Under the pieces are notes generated by a model that worked only from the letters and a program-made list of their open reading frames with translations, ran no database searches and was not told the origin of the DNA. A stretch of DNA of 64,000 nucleotides from Candidatus Spongiisociaceae bacterium (GTDB lineage: Bacteria > Actinomycetota > Acidimicrobiia > Spongiisociales > Spongiisociaceae), in the NCBI GenBank assembly GCA_965262915.1, contig OZ253564.1, positions 1,568,001 to 1,632,000 of the forward strand. Reading direction: 5' to 3'. The position numbers and the translations under genes are program-made. Positions 59,844 to 64,000 of this stretch are shown here, in pieces. The stretch's first letter is position 1, and each line of letters opens with the position of its first letter.

Positions 59844-60656
59844 TTGGACAGCGATCTGCGAGGTAAGACGGCGCTGATCACCGGCGGTTCGACGGGGATC
59901 GGCCGGTCCATAGCGCTCGCGCTCGGCGCCGAAGGTGTCGCGTTGGCCGTGGCGAGTCGCAATCCCGACCAGGGAGCCATCGAAGAGATGAGAGCGCTCG
60001 GAGTCACCGCTCTCGCGATTCCCGCCGACCTCAGCACCGAGAAAGGCGCAATACACGCCGTACGGACGACCATCCGGTCACTTGGAAAGCTCGACTTGCT
60101 CGTCGTCAATGCCGCGACCGCCCATCACGAACCGGTGACGAAGGTCACGACCTCGAATTGGGAATACACGCTTCGGACCAACTTGACGGGCGTGATGTGG
60201 CTATGCCGGAAAGCCGGCGCCGCCATGATCGAACGCGGTGCCGGCTCTGTGCTCGTCGTAGGGTCGACCGCCCAGTACTTTCGCGCTCCGGCGCAGTCGG
60301 CCTATCACGTGAGCAAGACCGCACTTGCCGCGTACGCTTCCGCGCTCGCCGTGGAGTTGGCGCCACACGGCATAAGGGTCAACATGCTGGTGCCCGGCAG
60401 CTTTCCCACCGCGCTCAACGCGCCGTTGCGAGAGAAGGACGGTGAACGACTACTGGCCGATATCCCGTTGGGTCGGCAAGGCGAGCCCTCCGAGTGCGGA
60501 CCGGCGGCGGTCTTTCTGCTCTCCGATAGGCTTGCCTCATACGTCACGGGTGCCGAGCTGGCCGTAACCGGGGGCATGCACTTGAGACCCTTCGTACGGA
60601 TCAGCCGCCGGGAGTTGAAGGCGTTGAACGAACCCGACCTCGCCGAGGCCACATGA
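59844..60656 (+). CDS. SDR family oxidoreductase
   Basis: TGGSTGIG, YHVSK, GIRVN. Confidence 0.9.
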   Translation: MDSDLRGKTALITGGSTGIGRSIALALGAEGVALAVASRNPDQGAIEEMRALGVTALAIPADLSTEKGAIHAVRTTIRSLGKLDLLVVNAATAHHEPVTKVTTSNWEYTLRTNLTGVMWLCRKAGAAMIERGAGSVLVVGSTAQYFRAPAQSAYHVSKTALAAYASALAVELAPHGIRVNMLVPGSFPTALNAPLREKDGERLLADIPLGRQGEPSECGPAAVFLLSDRLASYVTGAELAVTGGMHLRPFVRISRRELKALNEPDLAEAT

Positions 60657-61786
60657 AAGAGACCAAAGACGGGCGCGAATTGACGGTCGCGATCGTTGGT
60701 GCCGGATTCATGGGTGATACGCATGCGTACGGGTATCGGCGGGTGCGTAGCCTGCGCGCCCCTCCGGTCGTCCTCCCCAACCTTCGCAAGGTCGTAGACA
60801 TCGATGCGAGGGCGGCACGGTCGTTGGCGGCGCGGTGGGGTGTGCCGGAGTGGTCGACGGATTGGGAGGCGGTGGTTGCGGACGACGGGATCGATTTGGT
60901 GGATGTCTGTACTACCCCCGATGTGCATCGGGAGATTGGTGTGGCTGCTGCCGAGGCGGGTAAGAGCGTCTACTGCGAGAAACCGGTCGGTCGGAACGTC
61001 GGGGAGACGGCGGCTTTGGCGGCTGCGATTCGGGATGGTGGTGGTTTCGGTTACGTGGGTTTCACGTATCGGTGGACACCGGCGGTTGTGCTGGCCAGGA
61101 GCCTTATCGCGGGGGGACGGATCGGTGAGATCCGTGAGATCCACTTCGGCTATCAGTCCTCGCCGTTCGCAGATGCCAACCGGCCCTGGTACTGGAAATT
61201 CGCAGAGGATGCCGGCGGTGGTGGGGCTTTGGCCGATCAGGGGTCGCATGCGTTCGATATGGCCCGGTTCCTGGTGGGGGAGGTGTCCCGGGTTTCGGGT
61301 TACACGCGGATAGCCGTCCCGCTGCGGCCGGATCCTGAAGGGATGGTGCCTGGCGCCATGCTCGAGGTCGAGAACGACGACCAGTGGGCGGCGTTTGTGG
61401 AGTTCACCAACGGGGCCTATGGGACTCTGCATGGAAGCCGGGTCGCTCACGGCACCGCGACCGAGTTCGGGTTCGAGGCCTACGGTGCGTTGGGGGCGCT
61501 TCGGTGGAACATTCAGAGGATGAACGAGTTGGAGATCTACGAGACCTGCGATGATGCTCTGGACGGTTTTCGCACGGTCCGTATCGGTCCTGAGCATCCG
61601 ATTCACGGCGACTACGTTCCCCGGCGGGGCCATTCGGTGGGTTTCAACGACTTGAAAGCGATTGAGATCGCTGGGTTGTTGACGGCGCTGGCTGAGGGGA
61701 GATCCCCGGAGCCGAGCATGGAGGATGCTCTCTCGGTTGCTCGGATCGTCGATGCTGTGCCACTGCGGCAATGGGTGGATCTGTAA
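60653..61786 (+). CDS. Gfo/Idh/MocA oxidoreductase, copy 2
   Basis: Near-identical to 51117-52250. Confidence 0.92.
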   Translation: MKETKDGRELTVAIVGAGFMGDTHAYGYRRVRSLRAPPVVLPNLRKVVDIDARAARSLAARWGVPEWSTDWEAVVADDGIDLVDVCTTPDVHREIGVAAAEAGKSVYCEKPVGRNVGETAALAAAIRDGGGFGYVGFTYRWTPAVVLARSLIAGGRIGEIREIHFGYQSSPFADANRPWYWKFAEDAGGGGALADQGSHAFDMARFLVGEVSRVSGYTRIAVPLRPDPEGMVPGAMLEVENDDQWAAFVEFTNGAYGTLHGSRVAHGTATEFGFEAYGALGALRWNIQRMNELEIYETCDDALDGFRTVRIGPEHPIHGDYVPRRGHSVGFNDLKAIEIAGLLTALAEGRSPEPSMEDALSVARIVDAVPLRQWVDL

Positions 61787-62750
61787 ATGGACACCAGCTA
61801 GGGAGCGACGCTATGACAAGGTTATCCTCGATGGTCGGTTCAATGGCGGGGCCGGTTTCCCCTGACGACTTGGCAACTCTCCAACGGGCCGGTGTGGCGA
61901 CGACGGTCGAGTCCCTGGGGGTTCCGCAGGGCTATTACCAGATGATGTCCCCGGAGATGGTTCGGCGCACTTCACAGCTGTGTATTGCGGGTCAGGCCGT
62001 CACCGTCGCGAATGGTCACAATGACAACCTGATGATGCATGTCGCTCTTGAGGTCGCTGGATCGGGCCAGGTGCTCGTGATTACCGGAACCGGTCCGATG
62101 GGAGTCTCTTGGGGGGAGATGGTGACTGTGGGCGCTATGGCGAAGGGGATCACCGGTGTGATCGTCGATGGTTCGGCGCGCGACGTGGACGGAATCAATC
62201 GTCTCGGTTTCCCGGTGTGGGCTACTTCGGTTCGGCCTTTCGGTGCCGGTAAGGAGGCTATTGGTAGTGTCAATAGGCCGGTGATGTGTGCGGGGGTCCA
62301 CATGTCACCTGGCGATGTCGTGGTAGCTGATGGTGACGGGGTGGTGGTCGTGCCGTACGGGCAGGTCGCCGCTGTTGCAGCCGCCGCGTCGGTCCGCACC
62401 GAACGCGAGGTTGGTTTACGTTTGGCCGCCGAAGGCGGGGCCATGCCGGGGAGGGTCGCGGGACATCTCGACGGTATCGACTTCGATATCGGGAGCGGGT
62501 AGCCACCAGGAGGTTTCTCCGGCTCTAATTGCGAGCCCTTTCTCGGGGGCGGCTGGGGTCGTTTCGGGCTATGGTTGATTCATCGGTTCGGGGATAAACA
62601 TCCCGGACGAGGAGGATGCTATGAAGAGGCAATCGCGTATCCGAGCAGTCTTCGGGCTACTGCTGGCTTTCGTATTGGTGGCCGCCGCTTGCGGCGCCGA
62701 CGAAGAGCCCGCTACCACCACGGCGGCACCAGCCCCGGTAGTCACCGAGG
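60684..62750 (+). repeat. direct repeat copy 2
   Basis: Matches 51148-52880. Confidence 0.92.
61813..62502 (+). CDS. RraA / 4-hydroxy-4-methyl-2-oxoglutarate aldolase family
   Basis: DNLMMH, WGEM, DGSARDV, PGDVVVADGDGVVVVP. Confidence 0.9.
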   Translation: MTRLSSMVGSMAGPVSPDDLATLQRAGVATTVESLGVPQGYYQMMSPEMVRRTSQLCIAGQAVTVANGHNDNLMMHVALEVAGSGQVLVITGTGPMGVSWGEMVTVGAMAKGITGVIVDGSARDVDGINRLGFPVWATSVRPFGAGKEAIGSVNRPVMCAGVHMSPGDVVVADGDGVVVVPYGQVAAVAAAASVRTEREVGLRLAAEGGAMPGRVAGHLDGIDFDIGSG

Positions 62751-63883
62751 CACCGATGACACCGCTCACGCTGCGTCTGGGACGCTTTCCGGGCGGAGCC
62801 GGGGCCGCTTTCGTCACCCAGTTCATGATCAATGAGGATCTGGTTCAGGAAGCCGGCCACGAGTTCGGTTACGACCTCGACGTCGAGTGGCTGAACATGG
62901 CCAATGCAGTCGCCACTGCGCAGGCGCTGCTGTCCGGCGAACTGGACATAGGACCGATGGGAAGCGCAGCCTACATAGCGTTGGTCGTCGAGGAACAGGC
63001 GGTGACTCCCATCGCCGTCGCGGAGGGGAACTATAAGTTCGTCATTTCTGTCAGGGGTGACTCCGACATACGGAACCCGCAGGACCTCGTTGGCCGGAAG
63101 GTGGGAACCATCTTCGGTACCGGCCTGGTCGACGCACTCTCAGCGATGATCGAACCCATCTTTGGCACCGCTGATCCGGAAGAGGCCGGTATGGAGCTCG
63201 TCAACGTCGCCGGCGTTGCCGCGCTGGCCCAGGTTGCCGAAGGACTGGACGCCGCGATTGCAACCGTGCCTGCGTGGCTGGCCGCTCGAGAGGAGCTCGG
63301 CGTATCGGCCATCTACAACTCGTACGGATATACCGAGGACCACTACGACGGACCTCTTGGAACCGGAGCAGGAATCCTGATTCCGGAAGCCGAGAACTCC
63401 CCCTTCTGGCCCGACGGGTTCGTCAGCCATCGCGCTATCACCGTGGCTACCGACGACATCATCGCAGAGCACCCTGGTGCGGTTGCGGCCTACCTCCTTG
63501 CGACCCATCGGGCCATCGAGGAGCTCCAGGGACGCACTGCTGCCAACGTCGCGTCGCTTTCGGCGGCGGACTGGGGCCTCCAGCCGAAGACGGCTTCTCA
63601 GCTCGTCACGAACGAGATGCTCCTGCGGCGTGGTTGGGCGTGGCTTACCGAAGGGGAGGCCGACGTGATGACACTGCAGGGAGTCCTACTCCTTGCGGCA
63701 GGTGCGCTCTCGAGCGAGGCCGAATGGGATGCCATGGCAGCGAGTCTTGCCAAGGGCGGTGAGGTGGCCAAGATGGCCTATGACGCCGCCGGCGGTGTTC
63801 CCACGGCGGATGTGTTCGTGGAAGAAGGAATCGACAAACGTGGCCTCCCCACTTGGGAGGCAGACAGTTGGACGGCGCCCTAG
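62621..63883 (+). CDS. ABC transporter substrate-binding lipoprotein (SsuA/NMT1-like)
   Basis: Lipobox AAAC; LLSGELDIG, SDIRNPQDLVGRKVG motifs. Confidence 0.8.
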   Translation: MKRQSRIRAVFGLLLAFVLVAAACGADEEPATTTAAPAPVVTEAPMTPLTLRLGRFPGGAGAAFVTQFMINEDLVQEAGHEFGYDLDVEWLNMANAVATAQALLSGELDIGPMGSAAYIALVVEEQAVTPIAVAEGNYKFVISVRGDSDIRNPQDLVGRKVGTIFGTGLVDALSAMIEPIFGTADPEEAGMELVNVAGVAALAQVAEGLDAAIATVPAWLAAREELGVSAIYNSYGYTEDHYDGPLGTGAGILIPEAENSPFWPDGFVSHRAITVATDDIIAEHPGAVAAYLLATHRAIEELQGRTAANVASLSAADWGLQPKTASQLVTNEMLLRRGWAWLTEGEADVMTLQGVLLLAAGALSSEAEWDAMAASLAKGGEVAKMAYDAAGGVPTADVFVEEGIDKRGLPTWEADSWTAP

Positions 63884-63982
63884 GAGAAGTACTGAACAAT
63901 GACGATTGCTGTCGGCCCGTCGCTCGCTGACCTGGCACTTTGCTTTGACCGACGGGCCGCTGGCCGATTGCTCAGCACTCTT
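63884..63982 (-). mobile_element. 99-bp MITE-like element, copy C
   Basis: Reverse-complement homologue of copies A and B; flanks CTAG / CTGG; begins right after the SBP stop codon. Confidence 0.75.
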
Positions 63983-64000
63983 CTGGACGGGCTCGTTTCC

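Overview
High-GC actinobacterial chromosome segment; gene content suggests Acidimicrobiia, possibly host- or sponge-associated (inference). The core backbone comprises the gatB 3' end, pgpA, a split S9 peptidase, ilvE, an FAA hydrolase, gltX, three tRNAs, glycerate kinase, a form I CO dehydrogenase operon (coxMSL) and cofC. Two accessory catabolic/ABC clusters lie at about 7.3-23.1 kb and 51-64 kb. The most unusual structure is a polarised tandem array of at least four complete cargo cassettes plus a fifth remnant (28053 to about 36100), starting 4 nt after the discriminator base of tRNA-Glu(TTC). Each cassette is bounded by GGG(G/A)T(G/C)TTCGC-type inverted repeats with internal direct repeats spaced 23-24 bp. 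Three of the four complete cassettes are followed by the 5-bp word found at the tRNA end (ACGGC) or a one-base variant. The array holds remnants of a YREK-type DDE transposase but no integrase. Cargo is toxin-antitoxin-like pairs and a DUF5131/TcmP pair. This looks like a tRNA-targeting, non-Tn7 DDE transposon family that builds a chronological cassette array. Other notable items are a possible non-phosphorylative 5-deoxypentose pathway feeding DmpFG, an Ms1-like RNA candidate, a 99-bp MITE in three copies, and two duplications that reuse promoter or signal-peptide modules. All calls are by eye from motifs; no searches were run.
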